Shown: piece by piece, positions 32,196-45,699 of the stretch
How positions within the stretch are numbered: the first letter of the stretch is position 1
Layout: every line of letters begins with the position of its first letter
DNA from: an uncultured Alphaproteobacteria bacterium
GTDB lineage: Bacteria > Pseudomonadota > Alphaproteobacteria > JAAXGF01
DNA length: 45,699 bases
NCBI GenBank assembly: GCA_964531525.1
Contig: CAZHDF010000002.1
Location: 9,228 to 54,926, forward strand
Direction of reading: 5' to 3'
Position numbers and translations under genes: made by a program
Notes under the pieces: generated by a model
Databases searched by the model: none
What the model was told of the DNA's origin: nothing
The model's input: only the letters and a program-made list of their open reading frames with translations

Positions 32196-33634
32196 GGAAA
32201 CAGGGCGGCGGCGGCGGTCTTCGCGCCGCTGAGCAACGGCGACGGATAGAGGAAGAAGAACAGCGTGAAGATGCCGGTCGCGGCGAGCACGAGGGTGATC
32301 TCGCGTCCGACCGGGCGGTCGAAGGGATCGGCCTGCTCGTCGAAGTACATGATCTTGACGATCCGCAGATAGTAGAACGCGCCCACCACGCTGGTCAGCA
32401 CGCCGAACACGGCGAGCCCGTAAAGCTGGGCCTCGATCGCGGCGAGAAAGACGTAGAGCTTGCCGAAGAAGCCGGCGAGCGGCGGAACCCCGGCCATCGA
32501 GAACATGAACACGCCCATCACGAGCGCCATCATCGGTTGGCTGCGCGACAGCCCGGCGAGGTCGGAGATGCTCTCGACCATGCGGCCCTGGCGGCGCATG
32601 GCGAGGATGCAGCCGAAGGTGCCGACGTTCATGGCGAGATAGATCGCCATGTAGATCAACACGCCGCGCACGCCCGCCTCGCTGCCCGCGGCGAGACCGA
32701 CCAGGGCGTAGCCGACATGGCCGATCGAGCTGTAGGCCATCAGCCGCTTGATGTTGTTCTGGGCGATCGCGGCGAAGGCGCCGAGCGCCATCGAGGCGAC
32801 CGAGATGAAGATCACGATCTGCTGCCACTGGTCGAGCAGGTTGCCGAACGGCTCGAGCATTACGCGCAGGAACAGCGCGAGCGCGGCGATCTTGGGCGCG
32901 ACCGCGAAGAAGGCGGTGACCGGCGTTGGCGCGCCCTCGTAGACGTCGGGGGTCCACATGTGGAAGGGCACCGCCGAAACCTTGAAGGCGAGCCCCGCCG
33001 TCAGGAATACGAGCCCGACGATCACGCCGAGCGAGACCTCGCCGCCGCCGGCGAACAGGGTGGCGAGGGCGGCGAAGCGCGTCGTGCCGGTGAAGCCGTA
33101 GATCAGCGAGGCGCCGTAGAGCAGCATGCCCGAGGCGAGCGCGCCGAGGACGAAGTACTTGAGGCCGGCCTCGGTCGAGCGCACCGAATCGCGCTGGAAG
33201 GCGGCGATGATGTAAAGCGATAGGCTTTGCAGCTCGAGCCCCATGTAAAGGGCGACCAGATCGTTGGCCGAGACCATCAGCAGCATGCCGGCGGTGGCGA
33301 ACACGATCAGCACCGGATACTCGAACCGGTCCATCTTCTCGCGCTGCAGGTAGCCGAGCGACATGATCAGCGTCAGGCTCGCGCCGATCAGCACCAGCGT
33401 CTTCATGAAGACGGCGAAGTCGTCGACCACGAACAGTCCGTCCCCCGCCACCGGCGCCCGATTGGCCGGTCCCAGGGTGAACAGGAAGGCGACCACGAAG
33501 CTGGCGACGGCGAGCGCGGCGATGGCGCGCGTCGAACCCTTGCCGCGAAACACGCCGATCATCAGCAGGGCCATGCCGACTGCGGCGAGCCAGACCTCGG
33601 CCAGAACCGGCGTCAAGTCGAGCGAAGCGGTCAT
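32192..33634 (-). CDS. nuoN: NADH-quinone oxidoreductase subunit N
   Basis: 480 aa polytopic antiporter-like subunit, last in the nuo order. Confidence 0.93.
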   Translation of the reverse strand: MTASLDLTPVLAEVWLAAVGMALLMIGVFRGKGSTRAIAALAVASFVVAFLFTLGPANRAPVAGDGLFVVDDFAVFMKTLVLIGASLTLIMSLGYLQREKMDRFEYPVLIVFATAGMLLMVSANDLVALYMGLELQSLSLYIIAAFQRDSVRSTEAGLKYFVLGALASGMLLYGASLIYGFTGTTRFAALATLFAGGGEVSLGVIVGLVFLTAGLAFKVSAVPFHMWTPDVYEGAPTPVTAFFAVAPKIAALALFLRVMLEPFGNLLDQWQQIVIFISVASMALGAFAAIAQNNIKRLMAYSSIGHVGYALVGLAAGSEAGVRGVLIYMAIYLAMNVGTFGCILAMRRQGRMVESISDLAGLSRSQPMMALVMGVFMFSMAGVPPLAGFFGKLYVFLAAIEAQLYGLAVFGVLTSVVGAFYYLRIVKIMYFDEQADPFDRPVGREITLVLAATGIFTLFFFLYPSPLLSGAKTAAAALFP

Positions 33635-33644
33635 CCCTTGCCTC

Positions 33645-35159
33645 CTAGCGCTGGATCATCGCGATCGCCGAGGCGGGATCGATTGTCCCGCTGGCCTGGA
33701 CGATCAGGTTCTCGACCGACGCGCGGATCGGCGCGAGAAACGCCTCGGGATAGATGCCCAGCAGCATCACGACCACGATCATCGGCGCGAAAATCGCGAT
33801 CTCGCGACCGTTCACGTCGGCGATCGCCTTCAGATGTTCCTTGGTGAGATCGCCGAACACCACCCGCCGGTAACACCACAGCATGTAGGCGGGGCCGAGG
33901 ATGATCCCGGTCGTGGCGAGGGCGGCGACCCAGGTGTTGGCCTGGTAGGCCCCGACCAGCGACAGGAACTCACCGACGAAACCCGAGGTGCCCGGCAGGC
34001 CGACAGACGCGAAGACGAACAGCATGAAAATGAAGGCATAGATCGGCATGCGCTTCACCAACCCGCCGTAATGAGCGATCAGGCGCGAGTGCTGGCGGTC
34101 ATAGACGATGCCGACGCAAAGGAACAACGCCGCCGAGACCACGCCGTGGCTGATCATCACGAGAAGCGCGCCCTCGATTCCCTGCGTGTTGAGCGTGAAG
34201 ATGCCGATGGTGACGAAGCCCATATGGGCGACCGAGGAATAGGCGACCATCTTCTTCATGTCCTCCTGGGCGAGCGCGACCAGCGAGGCGTAGATGATCG
34301 CGACCACGCTCAGCACGTAGACCAGGGGCGTGAAGTAGGCCGTGGCGTCGGGCAGCATGGGCAGCGAGAAGCGCAGGAAGCCGTATCCGCCGAACTTCAG
34401 CAGCACGCCCGCGAGCACCATCGAGCCCGCCGTCGGTGCCTCGACATGGGCATCGGGTAGCCAGGTATGCACCGGCCACATGGGCACCTTGACGGCGAAG
34501 GCCGCGAACAGGGCGAGCCAGAGCCAGCGCTGCATCTCGGGCGAGAACTGGGTCGCGACCAGGGTCGGCACGTCGGTGGTGCCGGCCTCGAAGTACATGG
34601 CGAGAATCGCGAGCAGCAACAGCACCGAGCCGACCAGCGTGAACAGGAAGAACTTGAACGCGGCATAGACCCGGCGCGGCCCGCCCCAGACACCGATGAT
34701 CAGGAACATCGGGATCAACATGGCCTCGAAGAACAGGTAGAAGAGCACGAAATCGAGCGCCGCGAACACGCCGACCATGGCGGTCTCGAGCACCAGGAAG
34801 GCGATCATGTACTCCTTCACCCGCGAGGTGACCGAACGCCAACTCGCCATCACGCACAAGGGCGTCAACAGCGTCGAGAGCAGCACGAAGAACAGCGAGA
34901 TGCCGTCGATGCCGATGTGATAGGCGATCCGGTACGACGGGATCCAGTCGTAGCGCTCGACGAACTGGAACGCCGCGGTCGAGGTATCGAACCCGGTCCA
35001 CAGCAGCAGCGAAAGCACGAAGGTGATCAGCGAGGTCCACAGCGCGACGTTGCGCGCATTGCGCGCAACCACCTCGGCGTCTCCGCGGATCGACAGGATG
35101 AACACCGCGCCCACGAGGGGCAGGAAGATCACCAGCGACAGCAGTGGCAGATCGTTCAT
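33645..35159 (-). CDS. nuoM: NADH-quinone oxidoreductase subunit M
   Basis: 504 aa antiporter-like subunit (…[23 protein letters not shown]…), located between nuoL and nuoN. Confidence 0.94.
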   Translation of the reverse strand: MNDLPLLSLVIFLPLVGAVFILSIRGDAEVVARNARNVALWTSLITFVLSLLLWTGFDTSTAAFQFVERYDWIPSYRIAYHIGIDGISLFFVLLSTLLTPLCVMASWRSVTSRVKEYMIAFLVLETAMVGVFAALDFVLFYLFFEAMLIPMFLIIGVWGGPRRVYAAFKFFLFTLVGSVLLLLAILAMYFEAGTTDVPTLVATQFSPEMQRWLWLALFAAFAVKVPMWPVHTWLPDAHVEAPTAGSMVLAGVLLKFGGYGFLRFSLPMLPDATAYFTPLVYVLSVVAIIYASLVALAQEDMKKMVAYSSVAHMGFVTIGIFTLNTQGIEGALLVMISHGVVSAALFLCVGIVYDRQHSRLIAHYGGLVKRMPIYAFIFMLFVFASVGLPGTSGFVGEFLSLVGAYQANTWVAALATTGIILGPAYMLWCYRRVVFGDLTKEHLKAIADVNGREIAIFAPMIVVVMLLGIYPEAFLAPIRASVENLIVQASGTIDPASAIAMIQR

Positions 35160-35169
35160 CTCATGGCCC

Positions 35170-37104
35170 TCATGCGCCCGCCGCGACCAGATACCAAGTG
35201 ATCAGCGCGGCGACACCGATCAGCATGGCGAAGGCGTAGTGATAGAGATAGCCGGACTGGAGCTTGGCCGCCCGCCGGGCGATGTTGAGCGTCGCGGCGG
35301 CGAGACCGTCGGGGCCAACCCCGTCGATCACCGCGCCGTCGCCCGATTTCCAGAACCCGCGCCCGAGATAGTTCGCGCCGCGCACGAACAGGAAGTCGTA
35401 AAGCTCGTCGAAGTACCATTTGTTCAGCAGGAACAGATACAGCGGCCGGAACTGCGTGGCGAGCTTCTCGGGAATGTCGGTCCTGACGATGTACATCACG
35501 AAGGCGACGGCGATGCCGAGCGCGGTCGCGACCAGCGGCGCGAGCTTCACCCAGCCGGGCACGTTCTCGGCCGCCTCGAGGACGTTGTTCTCCTCGAGCA
35601 CGAAAATACTGCCCTTCCAGAACGCGCCCGAAGGATCGACCATGCCGATCCGGACGCCGATATAGCCGGCGAAGATCGCGCCCAGCGCCAGGAAGATGAG
35701 CGGTATGGTCATCACCTTCGGTGATTCGTGGACATGGGCGAGCACCTTCTCGTCGGCGCGCGGCGCGCCGTGGAAGGTCAGGAACAGGAGCCGCCAGGAA
35801 TAGAAGGCCGTGAGAATGGCGGCGAGGACCCCGAGCCAGAAGGCGTAGGTGCCGACGCCCGAGTTCGCGGCAAAGGCCGATTCGATGATCAGATCCTTCG
35901 AGAAGTAACCCGAGAAGAACGGCACCCCGGCGAGCGATAGGCTCCCGATCCACATCACCGCATAGGTCAGCGGGATCATCTTCCACAGCCCGCCCATCTT
36001 GCGCATGTCCTGCTCGGCCGACATGGCGTGGATCACCGAGCCCGCGCCCAGGAACAGAAGCGCCTTGAAGAAGGCATGGGTCATGAGGTGAAAGATCGCC
36101 GCGCCGTAGGCCGAGACCCCGGCGGCGAAGAACATGTAGCCGAGTTGGCTACAGGTCGAGTACGCGATCACCCGCTTGATATCGGTTTGGCAGACGCCGA
36201 TGCTCGCGGTGACCAGCGCCGTCGTCGCTCCCACCACGGTGACGACGGCAAGCGCCGTGGGCGCGTACTCGTATACCGGCGAGAACCGCACGACCATGAA
36301 CACGCCCGCCGTCACCATGGTCGCCGCATGGATCAGCGCCGAGACCGGGGTCGGGCCTTCCATGGCGTCGGGCAGCCAGGTATGCAGGCCGAGCTGAGCC
36401 GATTTGCCCATCGCGCCGATGAACAGGAGAATCCCGATCAGCGTCAACGTGTCGACCGGATAACCGAGGAACACGATCCGGGTGCCGACATAGGATGGCG
36501 CGTCGGCGAACACGGTGTCGAATTGGACCGAGTTGAAAACGAAGAAGATTGCGAAGATCCCGAGCGCGAAGCCGAGATCGCCCACCCGATTGACGACGAA
36601 CGCCTTGATCGCCGCCGCGTTGGCCGCCGGGCGCGTGTACCAGAAACCGATCAGCAGGTACGAGCACAGCCCCACGCCCTCCCAGCCCAGGAAAAGCTGG
36701 ACGATGTTGTCGGCGCTGACCAGCATCAGCATCGAGAAGGTGAACAGGCCGAGATAGGCGAAGAACCTGGGCACGCCCGGGTCGCGATCCATGTAGCCGA
36801 TCGAGTAGATGTGAATCAGCGTCGAGAGGGTTGTGACGACCAGGATCATCACCGCCGAGAGCGCATCGAACCGCAACGACCAGGAGGCTTCGAGCGCGCC
36901 CGAATCGATCCAGGTCAACAGCTCGATCGTGCGCGACTGGCCGAGGACCGCGACCTCGTAGAAGACGTACCAGCTCGACAGCATGGCCAGTCCGACGAAC
37001 ACGCAGGAAACGATCGCCGAAGCCTTGTGACCCAGGGGCCGTCCAAAGAAGCCCGAGATGATGGCGCCGACCAGCGGCGCGAAGACAGACGCGACGTAGA
37101 GCAC
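35170..37104 (-). CDS. nuoL: NADH-quinone oxidoreductase subunit L
   Basis: 644 aa, the longest antiporter-like subunit, with a C-terminal lateral-helix region. GTG start lies 4 nt after the nuoK stop. Confidence 0.94.
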   Translation of the reverse strand: MLYVASVFAPLVGAIISGFFGRPLGHKASAIVSCVFVGLAMLSSWYVFYEVAVLGQSRTIELLTWIDSGALEASWSLRFDALSAVMILVVTTLSTLIHIYSIGYMDRDPGVPRFFAYLGLFTFSMLMLVSADNIVQLFLGWEGVGLCSYLLIGFWYTRPAANAAAIKAFVVNRVGDLGFALGIFAIFFVFNSVQFDTVFADAPSYVGTRIVFLGYPVDTLTLIGILLFIGAMGKSAQLGLHTWLPDAMEGPTPVSALIHAATMVTAGVFMVVRFSPVYEYAPTALAVVTVVGATTALVTASIGVCQTDIKRVIAYSTCSQLGYMFFAAGVSAYGAAIFHLMTHAFFKALLFLGAGSVIHAMSAEQDMRKMGGLWKMIPLTYAVMWIGSLSLAGVPFFSGYFSKDLIIESAFAANSGVGTYAFWLGVLAAILTAFYSWRLLFLTFHGAPRADEKVLAHVHESPKVMTIPLIFLALGAIFAGYIGVRIGMVDPSGAFWKGSIFVLEENNVLEAAENVPGWVKLAPLVATALGIAVAFVMYIVRTDIPEKLATQFRPLYLFLLNKWYFDELYDFLFVRGANYLGRGFWKSGDGAVIDGVGPDGLAAATLNIARRAAKLQSGYLYHYAFAMLIGVAALITWYLVAAGA

Positions 37105-37108
37105 GCTC

Positions 37109-37417
37109 TCAGCCCTTCATCAAGTTGACGTCCTCGACCGCGATCGAGCCCCGGTTCCGGAAGTAGACGACCAGAATGGCGAGTCCGATCGCGGCCTCGG
37201 CGGCGGCGACGGTGAGCACGAACAGGGCGAAGACCTGTCCGACGAGATCGCCGAGATAGGAGGAGAAGGCGACCAGGTTGATGTTGACCGCGAGTAGCAT
37301 CAGCTCGATCGACATCAGGATGACGATGATGTTCTTCCGGTTGAGGAAGATGCCGAAGATCCCAAGCGTGAACAGGATCGCGGCGACGGTCAGGTAATGA
37401 GCGAGTCCGACGGTCAT
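37109..37417 (-). CDS. nuoK: NADH-quinone oxidoreductase subunit K
   Basis: About 102 aa ([29 protein letters not shown]...). The ORF track starts one codon earlier, at GTG 37420. I chose ATG 37415-37417; the junction with nuoJ reads GTGATG. Confidence 0.92.
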   Translation of the reverse strand: MTVGLAHYLTVAAILFTLGIFGIFLNRKNIIVILMSIELMLLAVNINLVAFSSYLGDLVGQVFALFVLTVAAAEAAIGLAILVVYFRNRGSIAVEDVNLMKG

Positions 37418-38025
37418 CACGCGCCCTCCCCCGGCTGAACCTTGCGAAGCTCGACCGCCTCCTCGCGCCGCCGCGCGACCTGCATGGCGATGCGCTGGCG
37501 CTTGACGCCCGCGCGCACCCGATGGGTCAGCACGATCGCGCCGATCATGGCGACGAGCAGGATCAGGCCCGCGGCCTGAAACAGATAGATGTAATCGGTG
37601 TAGAGCACCCGGCCGAGCGCGTCGGTGTTGCTGACGTCGGCGAGGATCGGCGTCGTCGCCGGCGCGGCGGTCTCGGGCGACAGGTTCCAGCCACCGACCA
37701 CCAGGATGAGCTCGGCGAGCAGCACCAGCCCGATCGCTCCGCCGGTCGGCAGGTATTGCAGGAAGCCCTCGCGCAGCGCGGTGACGTTGATGTCGAGCAT
37801 CATGACGACGAACAGGAACAGCACCGCGACCGCGCCGACGTAGACGATCACCAGGATGAAGGCCAGGAACTCGGCGCCCATCAGGATGAACAGCCCCGAC
37901 GACGAGAAGAAGGCGAGGATTAGGAACAGAACCGAATGCACCGGGTTGCGCGCCCCGATGACGAGCACCGCCGCGCCGATGGTGACGGCGGCAAAGAGAT
38001 AGAACGCGAGCGTCGCGATGATCAT
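37417..38025 (-). CDS. nuoJ: NADH-quinone oxidoreductase subunit J
   Basis: 202 aa membrane subunit in the conserved position. Confidence 0.92.
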   Translation of the reverse strand: MIIATLAFYLFAAVTIGAAVLVIGARNPVHSVLFLILAFFSSSGLFILMGAEFLAFILVIVYVGAVAVLFLFVVMMLDINVTALREGFLQYLPTGGAIGLVLLAELILVVGGWNLSPETAAPATTPILADVSNTDALGRVLYTDYIYLFQAAGLILLVAMIGAIVLTHRVRAGVKRQRIAMQVARRREEAVELRKVQPGEGA

Positions 38026-38103
38026 GGCGCCTACCGGCCTCCCCGTCCGCGGTCGTCGGTCATTGCGTCTCTCCCCTTTTTCTTCCTCGGTCGCGATCCG
38101 GCC

Positions 38104-38592
38104 CTAGCGGTAGGGCGCGTCGGCCTCGATGTTGAGCGCGATTTCGGCTTCCCAGCGATCGCCGTTCTCGAGCAGCTTCTGCTTGTCGTAGAGGAGCTCC
38201 TCGTGGGTCTCGGTCGCGAACTCGAAATTGGGGCCGAGAACGATCGCATCCACCGGGCAGGCCTCCTGGCAGTAGCCGCAGTAGATGCATTTGGTCATGT
38301 CGATGTCGTAGCGCGTGGTGCGGCGGCTGCCGTCGGCGCGCGGCTCGGCCTCGATCGTGATGGCGAGCGCCGGGCAGACCGCCTCGCACAGCTTGCAGGC
38401 GATGCAGCGCTCCTCGCCGCTCGCGTAGCGGCGCAGCGCGTGCTCGCCCCGGAAGCGCGGACCCAGCGGCGCCTTCTCGTACGGGTAGTTGAGGGTCACC
38501 TTGCGCTTGAAGAAATAGCGCAGCGTGATCCCCATGCCCGAGATGAGCTCGGCGAGAAGCAGGCTCCGCGCGGTGCGATCGATGAACGACAT
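38104..38592 (-). CDS. nuoI: NADH-quinone oxidoreductase subunit I (2x[4Fe-4S] ferredoxin)
   Basis: 162 aa. Two CxxCxxCxxxCP motifs ([12 protein letters not shown] and [12 protein letters not shown]). Confidence 0.96.
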   Translation of the reverse strand: MSFIDRTARSLLLAELISGMGITLRYFFKRKVTLNYPYEKAPLGPRFRGEHALRRYASGEERCIACKLCEAVCPALAITIEAEPRADGSRRTTRYDIDMTKCIYCGYCQEACPVDAIVLGPNFEFATETHEELLYDKQKLLENGDRWEAEIALNIEADAPYR

Positions 38593-38628
38593 GCCAATCT
38601 CCAGCCTAGGCTTTTTCCGAACGCCCGC

Positions 38629-39639
38629 TCATTGCGGCACGAGATCGAAGACGAACAGGGCGCCCGAGTACAGCACGACCGCCGCCAGCGACAGTGGCAG
38701 GAACACCTTCCAACCGAGCCGCATGAGCTGGTCGTAGCGGTAGCGCGGGAAGGTCGCGCGCACCCAGAGAAAGACGAACAGGACCGCCGCGATCTTGAGC
38801 GCGAACCAGACCGGTCCCGGGATCCAGTTGAGCGGCGCCACGTCCATCGGCGGCAGCCAGCCGCCCAGGAACAGGATGGTGGTCATCCCGCTCATCAGGA
38901 TCATGTTGGCGTACTCGCCCAGGAAGAACAGCGCGAAGGTCATCGCCGAGTAATCGACGTTGTAGCCGGCGACCAGCTCGGCCTCGGCCTCGGGCAGATC
39001 GAAGGGCGAGCGGTTGGTCTCGGCGAGCGTCGAGATGAAAAAGATGACGAACATCGGGAACAGCGGGATGAAGTACCAGACGCTCCGCTGCGCGAGCACG
39101 ATGTCGTTGAGGTTCAGCGAGCCGACCATGATCAGCACGGTGATGATGACGAAGCCCATCGCCACCTCGTAGGACACCATCTGCGCGGCCGAGCGCAGCG
39201 CGCCCAGGAAGGCGTAGCGCGAGTTGCTCGCCCAGCCGGCCATGATGATCCCGTAGACCCCGAGCGACGAGATCGCGAACAGGTACAGGATGCCGACGTT
39301 GATGTCGGCGAGCACCAGCGTTTCGCTGAAGGGCACCACCGCCCAGGCGACCAGCGCCAGCAGGAAGGTCAGCATCGGCGCGATCATGAAGACGACCTTG
39401 TTGGCCCCGGTGGGGATGATCGTCTCCTTGGTCATGAGCTTGAGCGCGTCGGCGATCGGCTGCAGCAGTCCGAACGGCCCGACCACGTTGGGTCCCTTGC
39501 GGATCTGGATCGCGCCGATCACCTTGCGCTCGGCGTAGGTGAGATAAGCGACGCCCAGAAGCAGCGGCGCGAGGATCGCGACGATCCCGGCGACGATCCA
39601 GATCAGCGGCCAAAGATAGCCATTCCAGAACTCAACCAT
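38629..39639 (-). CDS. nuoH: NADH-quinone oxidoreductase subunit H
   Basis: 336 aa. [16 protein letters not shown] and the LAETNR.PFDL.EAE.ELVAG motif. Confidence 0.96.
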   Translation of the reverse strand: MVEFWNGYLWPLIWIVAGIVAILAPLLLGVAYLTYAERKVIGAIQIRKGPNVVGPFGLLQPIADALKLMTKETIIPTGANKVVFMIAPMLTFLLALVAWAVVPFSETLVLADINVGILYLFAISSLGVYGIIMAGWASNSRYAFLGALRSAAQMVSYEVAMGFVIITVLIMVGSLNLNDIVLAQRSVWYFIPLFPMFVIFFISTLAETNRSPFDLPEAEAELVAGYNVDYSAMTFALFFLGEYANMILMSGMTTILFLGGWLPPMDVAPLNWIPGPVWFALKIAAVLFVFLWVRATFPRYRYDQLMRLGWKVFLPLSLAAVVLYSGALFVFDLVPQ

Positions 39640-41695
39640 CGGTTCCCGTCCCCGCGCTGTCCCCGGTCACGAAGGCCGCCGTGCATTCGGCCATGGTGGC
39701 CGAAGCGCGGCTGATCGGGTCGGTCATGTAGAAATTCTCGATCGGACTCGCGAACGGTGTCGCATCCATCTTGCCGGGGCTTCCGAACGCGCCCCAGTCG
39801 GCGGGCGCGACCGCGTCGATCGCGGCGAAGGCGGGCGCCGCCTGGGCCAGGCGCGCGCGAACCGCGTCCAGATTGTCGTAAGCGAGCCGATGGCCGAGCA
39901 CCTCCGACAGCGCGCGCAGGATCTTCCAGTCCTCGCGCGCCTCGCCGGGCGGGAACACGGCGCGCCGCGCCCGCTGCGCGCGGCCCTCGGTGTTGACGTA
40001 GGTGGCGTTCTTCTCGGTATAGGCCGCGCCCGGCAGGATCACGTCGGCGCGGTGTGCGCCGACGTCGCCGTGGTGGCCCTGATAGATCACGAAGGCGTCG
40101 CCCAGCTTGCGGGTGTCGATTTCGTCGGCGCCGAGCAGATAGACGACCTCGATCTCGCCCGCCCCGGCGGCCGCGAGAATGCCGGCGACGTCGCGCCCGC
40201 CCGCGCTTGGCACCAGCCCGAGGTCGAGCCCCCCGACCCGCGCCGCCGCCGTGTGCAGGACGTTGAAGCCGTTCCAGTCCTCGCGCACCAGGCCGCGCGC
40301 CTCGGCGATCTCGCGCGCCGTGGCCAGCACCGCCGCGCCGTCGTCGCGCGCGAGCGCGCCCATGCCGACGACGATCATGCCGCGCTCGGCGGCGTCCAGG
40401 GTCTTGGCGAAGGGGTGCTTGCCGGCTGCGATCTCGGCCAGCGTCTCGGGCCCGGCGCCGAGATGCTCGACCCGGTAGGTGAACTCGATCGCCGGGCCGA
40501 CGACCCCGACCGGGAAGCCACCGCGCAGATGCCGCTTGCGCAGGCGCGCGTTGATGATCGGCGCCTCCCAGCGCGGGTTGGTGCCGACCAGCAGGCAGGC
40601 GTCGGCCTCCTCGATCCCGGCGATGGTGGTGTTGAACAGATAGCCCGCCCGCGTCCCCGCCTCGATCCTCGCGCCGTCCTGGCGGCAGTCGACGTTGGGC
40701 GAGCCGAGGGCGGCGAACAGGTCCTTGAGCGCGAGCATCGCTTCGGCGTCGGCGAGATCGCCGGCGATCGCCGCCATGCGCTCGCCCGCGAGCCCCTTGA
40801 CGCGCTCGGCGATCGCCGCGAAGGCCTCGTCCCAGCTCGCCGGAACGAGCTTGCCGTCGCGCCGGACATAGGGCCGGTCGAGCCGCTGGACGCGCAGCCC
40901 GTCGCAGGCGAAGCGGGTCTTGTCCGAGATCCACTCCTCGTTAACGTCCTCGTTGAGTCGCGGTAGCACGCGCATCACCATCGGCCCGCGCGCATCGACC
41001 CGGATGTTGCAGCCCACGGCGTCGAGCACGTCGACGGTTTCGGTCGCGTGCAGCTCCCAGGGGCGAGCGTGGAAGGCGTAGGGCCTGGAGGTGAGCGCGC
41101 CGACCGGGCAAAGATCGACGAGATTGCCCGACAGCTCCGAATGCAGCCCGCCGCGCAGATAGGTGGTGATCTCGGTATGCTCGCCCCGGTTGACGGCGCC
41201 GAGCTCGTGGACGCCGGCGACGTCGTCCATGAAGCGGACGCAGCGCGTGCAGTGGATGCAGCGCGTCATCGCGGTCTTGATCAGCGGGCCGAAGTCCTTC
41301 TCGGGCACCGCGCGCTTGTTCTCGTGATAGCGGCCGACCACCCGGCCGTAGGCCACCGCTTGGTCCTGAAGGTCGCATTCGCCGCCCTGGTCGCAGATCG
41401 GGCAGTCGAGCGGGTGGTTGATGAGCAGAAACTCCATCACCCCCTCGCGCGCCTTGCGGACCATCGGCGTGTCGGTGCGGATCACCATGCCGTCGGCCAC
41501 CGGCATCGCGCAGGAGGCGATCGGCTTGGGCGAGCGCTCCATCTCGACCAGGCACATGCGGCAGTTGCCGGCGATCGCGAGGCGCTCGTGGTAACAAAAG
41601 CGGGGAATCTCGATCCCGGCCATTTCACAGGCCTGGATCACCGTATAGCCCGCCGGGACCTCGATCTCGCGCCCGTCGATGGTGAGTTTCGGCAT
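39632..41695 (-). CDS. nuoG: NADH-quinone oxidoreductase subunit G
   Basis: 687 aa. N-terminal 2Fe-2S region ([11 protein letters not shown]) and 4Fe-4S motifs ([23 protein letters not shown]). Confidence 0.96.
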   Translation of the reverse strand: MPKLTIDGREIEVPAGYTVIQACEMAGIEIPRFCYHERLAIAGNCRMCLVEMERSPKPIASCAMPVADGMVIRTDTPMVRKAREGVMEFLLINHPLDCPICDQGGECDLQDQAVAYGRVVGRYHENKRAVPEKDFGPLIKTAMTRCIHCTRCVRFMDDVAGVHELGAVNRGEHTEITTYLRGGLHSELSGNLVDLCPVGALTSRPYAFHARPWELHATETVDVLDAVGCNIRVDARGPMVMRVLPRLNEDVNEEWISDKTRFACDGLRVQRLDRPYVRRDGKLVPASWDEAFAAIAERVKGLAGERMAAIAGDLADAEAMLALKDLFAALGSPNVDCRQDGARIEAGTRAGYLFNTTIAGIEEADACLLVGTNPRWEAPIINARLRKRHLRGGFPVGVVGPAIEFTYRVEHLGAGPETLAEIAAGKHPFAKTLDAAERGMIVVGMGALARDDGAAVLATAREIAEARGLVREDWNGFNVLHTAAARVGGLDLGLVPSAGGRDVAGILAAAGAGEIEVVYLLGADEIDTRKLGDAFVIYQGHHGDVGAHRADVILPGAAYTEKNATYVNTEGRAQRARRAVFPPGEAREDWKILRALSEVLGHRLAYDNLDAVRARLAQAAPAFAAIDAVAPADWGAFGSPGKMDATPFASPIENFYMTDPISRASATMAECTAAFVTGDSAGTGTDG

Positions 41696-41707
41696 CGCTC
41701 CCCTCTC

Positions 41708-42996
<1,289 letters not shown>

Positions 42997-42997
<1 letters not shown>

Positions 42998-43608
42998 CAC
43001 GAAGCCCCCTCGGCGTCGGCGCTCAAAAGCGTGGTCGGGCCGGTCACCGGCTCGGAGGTCTTGCGGCCGATCTGCGATCCCGGCGGCGGCGTCTTGCCCT
43101 CCTTGAGCGCCTCGAGCACCCGACGCGTGGCCGCAGCATCCAGATCTTCATAGAAGTCGTCGTTGATCTGCATCATAGGCGCGTTGCAACACGCCCCCAG
43201 GCACTCGACCTCGACCAGGGTGAACAGGCCGTCGTTCGTGGTCTCGCCGACCTCGATGCCGAGGAACTCGCGGCAGGCGTCGCGCACCTCGTTTCCGCCG
43301 CGCAGCCAGCAGGGCGTGGTGCGGCAAAGCTGGACGAGATAGCGCCCGACCGGCTTGAGATTGAACATGGTGTAAAAGGTCGCGACCTCGAGGACCCGGA
43401 TATTGGGCATGTCGAGGACTTCGGCGACATGCTCGATCGCCGCGCGCGACAGCCAGCCGCCGTTTTGCGCCTGGGCGATGCGGAGCAACTCGATTACCGC
43501 GCTCGCCTGGCGGCCCTCGGGATAGCGCGCGATGAAGGTCTTGGCCTTCTCGAGGCTCTCGGCGGTGAAGGCGAAGCGCGCGCCGTCGCCTGCGTCTGGA
43601 GCGGTCAT
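42997..43608 (-). CDS. nuoE: NADH-quinone oxidoreductase subunit E
   Basis: ORF 42997..43959 trimmed to ATG 43606-43608, which overlaps the nuoD stop as ATGA. 203 aa with 2Fe-2S ligands (LCRTTPCWL ... [11 protein letters not shown]). The upstream part of the ORF is an out-of-frame read of nuoD. Confidence 0.92.
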
Positions 43609-44783
43609 CGGTCGATCTCCCCGAAAACGATGTCGAGGGTGCCGATCACGGTCACCGCGTCGGCGAGCATGTGTCCCTTGGTCATGAAGTCGAAGCCCTG
43701 GAGATGGGCGAAGCCGGCCGAGCGGATCTTGCAGCGGTACGGCTTGTTGGTGCCGTCGGAAACGAGATAGACGCCGAACTCGCCCTTGGGCGCCTCGACC
43801 GCGGTGTAGGTCTCGCCCGCCGGAACGTGGTAGCCCTCGGTATAGAGCTTGAAGTGCCGGATCAGCGCTTCCATCGAATTCTTCATCTCGGCTCGCTTGG
43901 GCGGCGAGATCTTGGGGTCGAGCGAGGTCACCGGTCCGCCCGGCATGTCGTCGAGGCACTGGCGCATGATGCGGATGCTTTGGCGCATCTCCTCGACGCG
44001 CACGAGATAGCGATCGTAGGAATCGCCGTGCTTGCCGATCGGAATATCGAAGTCGACCCGGTCGTAGACGTCATAGGGCTGGGCCTTGCGCAAGTCCCAG
44101 GCGATGCCCGAGCCGCGCAGCATCGGTCCCGAGAATCCCCAGTCGTACGCCTGCTCGGCCGTGACCACGCCGATATCGACCGTGCGCTGTTTCCAGATCC
44201 GGTTTTCGGTCAGCACGCCCTCGACGTCGTCGAGCACCTTGAGGAACGGATCGAGGAAGGCGCCGATCTCGTCGGTGAGTCCCGCCGGCATGTCCTGATG
44301 CACCCCGCCCGGGCGGACATAGGCGGCGTGCATGCGCGCGCCCGAGACCGATTCATAGAAGCCGACCAGCCGCTCGCGCTCCTCGAACAGCCACAGGAAC
44401 GGCGTCATCGCGCCGACGTCGAGCGCATGGGTCGCGAGCCAGAGCGTGTGATTGATGAGTCGCGTGATCTCGCCGAACAGAACCCGGATGTACTGGGCGC
44501 GCAGCGGCACCTCGCAGCCCAGGAGCTTCTCGACCGCGAGGCTGAAGCACTGTTCCTGGCACATCATCGACATGTAATCGAGGCGGTCGAAGTAGGGCAG
44601 CGCCTGGAGATAGGTCTTGTGCTCGATCAGCTTCTCGGTGCCGCGATGGAGAAGCCCGACATGGGGATCGGCGCGCTCGATCACCTCGCCGTCCATTTCG
44701 AGGACGAGGCGCAGCACGCCGTGCGCCGCCGGGTGCTGGGGGCCGAAGTTGACGGTGAGGTTCTTGATCTGGACTTCAGACAT
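43605..44783 (-). CDS. nuoD: NADH-quinone oxidoreductase subunit D
   Basis: 392 aa. [15 protein letters not shown] and the C-terminal [11 protein letters not shown]. Confidence 0.96.
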   Translation of the reverse strand: MSEVQIKNLTVNFGPQHPAAHGVLRLVLEMDGEVIERADPHVGLLHRGTEKLIEHKTYLQALPYFDRLDYMSMMCQEQCFSLAVEKLLGCEVPLRAQYIRVLFGEITRLINHTLWLATHALDVGAMTPFLWLFEERERLVGFYESVSGARMHAAYVRPGGVHQDMPAGLTDEIGAFLDPFLKVLDDVEGVLTENRIWKQRTVDIGVVTAEQAYDWGFSGPMLRGSGIAWDLRKAQPYDVYDRVDFDIPIGKHGDSYDRYLVRVEEMRQSIRIMRQCLDDMPGGPVTSLDPKISPPKRAEMKNSMEALIRHFKLYTEGYHVPAGETYTAVEAPKGEFGVYLVSDGTNKPYRCKIRSAGFAHLQGFDFMTKGHMLADAVTVIGTLDIVFGEIDR

Positions 44784-45387
44784 CGTCGCTCTCCGCCTTC
44801 TCGTCGCCGGGCAGCGGTCGGGTCATGGCCTCCCAGGGGCTCAGGAAGTCGAAGGCGCGGAACTCCTGCGCCAGTTTGACCGGCTCGTAGACGACCCGCT
44901 TCTCCTCGGTGTCGTAGCGCAGCTCGACGAAGCCGGTGAGCGGGAAGTCCTTGCGCAGCGGATGCCCGTCGAAGCCGTAATCGGTGAGGATGCGACGCAG
45001 GTCGGGGTGACCCGAGAACAGGATGCCGTAAAGGTCCCAGGCCTCGCGCTCCCACCAGCCGGCGGACGAGAACACCGCCGTGGCCGAGGGCACCGGCGTC
45101 GCCTCGTCGGTCGAGAGCTTGACCCGGATGCGCTGATTATGCTTGAGGCTGAGGAGGTTGTAGACGACCTCGAAGCGGAGATCGCGATCGGGGTAATCGA
45201 CCCCGCAGACATCCATGAGCAGCTTGAACTGACAGCTCCCGTCGTCGCGCAGGAAGGTGAGCACGCGAATGATCGCGGTGCGCTCGACCCGAAGCATGAG
45301 CTCGCCGACCGAAACCTCGGTTTCGATGACGTCCTCGGGCAGCGATGCGGCGATATGTTCGCCGAGTTCTCGAAGGGCTTCTGACAC
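44776..45387 (-). CDS. nuoC: NADH-quinone oxidoreductase subunit C
   Basis: 203 aa. [27 protein letters not shown] motif. Separate from nuoD (not fused). Confidence 0.95.
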   Translation of the reverse strand: MSEALRELGEHIAASLPEDVIETEVSVGELMLRVERTAIIRVLTFLRDDGSCQFKLLMDVCGVDYPDRDLRFEVVYNLLSLKHNQRIRVKLSTDEATPVPSATAVFSSAGWWEREAWDLYGILFSGHPDLRRILTDYGFDGHPLRKDFPLTGFVELRYDTEEKRVVYEPVKLAQEFRAFDFLSPWEAMTRPLPGDEKAESDDV

Positions 45388-45409
45388 GATCCTTCTTCCC
45401 GCTCAGGCG

Positions 45410-45699
<290 letters not shown>

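Noticed and set aside
32196-32957. Apparent 254-aa N-terminal extension of birA
   Set aside because: Out-of-frame read of nuoN. The BirA domain begins at the GTG that overlaps the nuoN stop.
37936-39714. 592-aa plus-strand ORF antisense to nuoJ/nuoI/nuoH
   Set aside because: Shadow ORF, highly charged (R/D/E/H), opposite conserved membrane subunits.
43609-43959. Apparent 117-aa N-terminal extension of nuoE
   Set aside because: Out-of-frame read of nuoD. The ATG at 43608 overlaps the nuoD stop and gives a normal-length NuoE.

Overview
This is a very GC-rich (roughly two-thirds G+C by eye, not computed), densely packed bacterial chromosome segment. It reads as core alphaproteobacterial housekeeping DNA. 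Nearly everything is on the minus strand.

Gene order:
- Left end: a ComEC-like N-terminal fragment (-), then gltX and gltA (+).
- Envelope and isoprenoid block (-): gloA, lpxB-lpxI-lpxA-fabZ-lpxD, skp, bamA, rseP, dxr, cdsA, uppS.
- Translation and replication block (-): frr, pyrH, tsf, rpsB, dnaE, lolD, a single lolC/E-type permease, proS.
- A small variable stretch (about 25.6-28.2 kb): an orphan secreted protein (-), an ArsR-family regulator plus DUF318/ArsP-type permease (+, the only other plus-strand genes), and tag (-).
- Right end (-): DUF1467, mce, rnj, coaX, birA, and the complex I operon read backwards from nuoN to a truncated nuoB at the window edge.

I identified genes from the supplied translations and my own reading of junctions, using remembered family motifs and synteny. 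No database search was possible. Many first-start ORFs in the track are too long, and I trimmed them at junctions I checked base by base. These include 4-nt stop/start overlaps of the GTGA, ATGA and TTGA type.

I found no tRNA, rRNA, CRISPR array, transposase, integrase or phage-like genes. I see no convincing evidence for a novel multi-gene system. The most interesting part is the small islet holding the cysteine-rich ArsR/permease pair, its AT-rich palindromic divergent control region and the neighbouring orphan secreted protein. Other observations are modest: an unusually long acidic tail on ribosomal protein S2, structured spacers around rpsB/tsf/pyrH, and translational coupling of functionally unrelated genes. 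The very long antisense ORFs are treated as GC-driven shadow ORFs.
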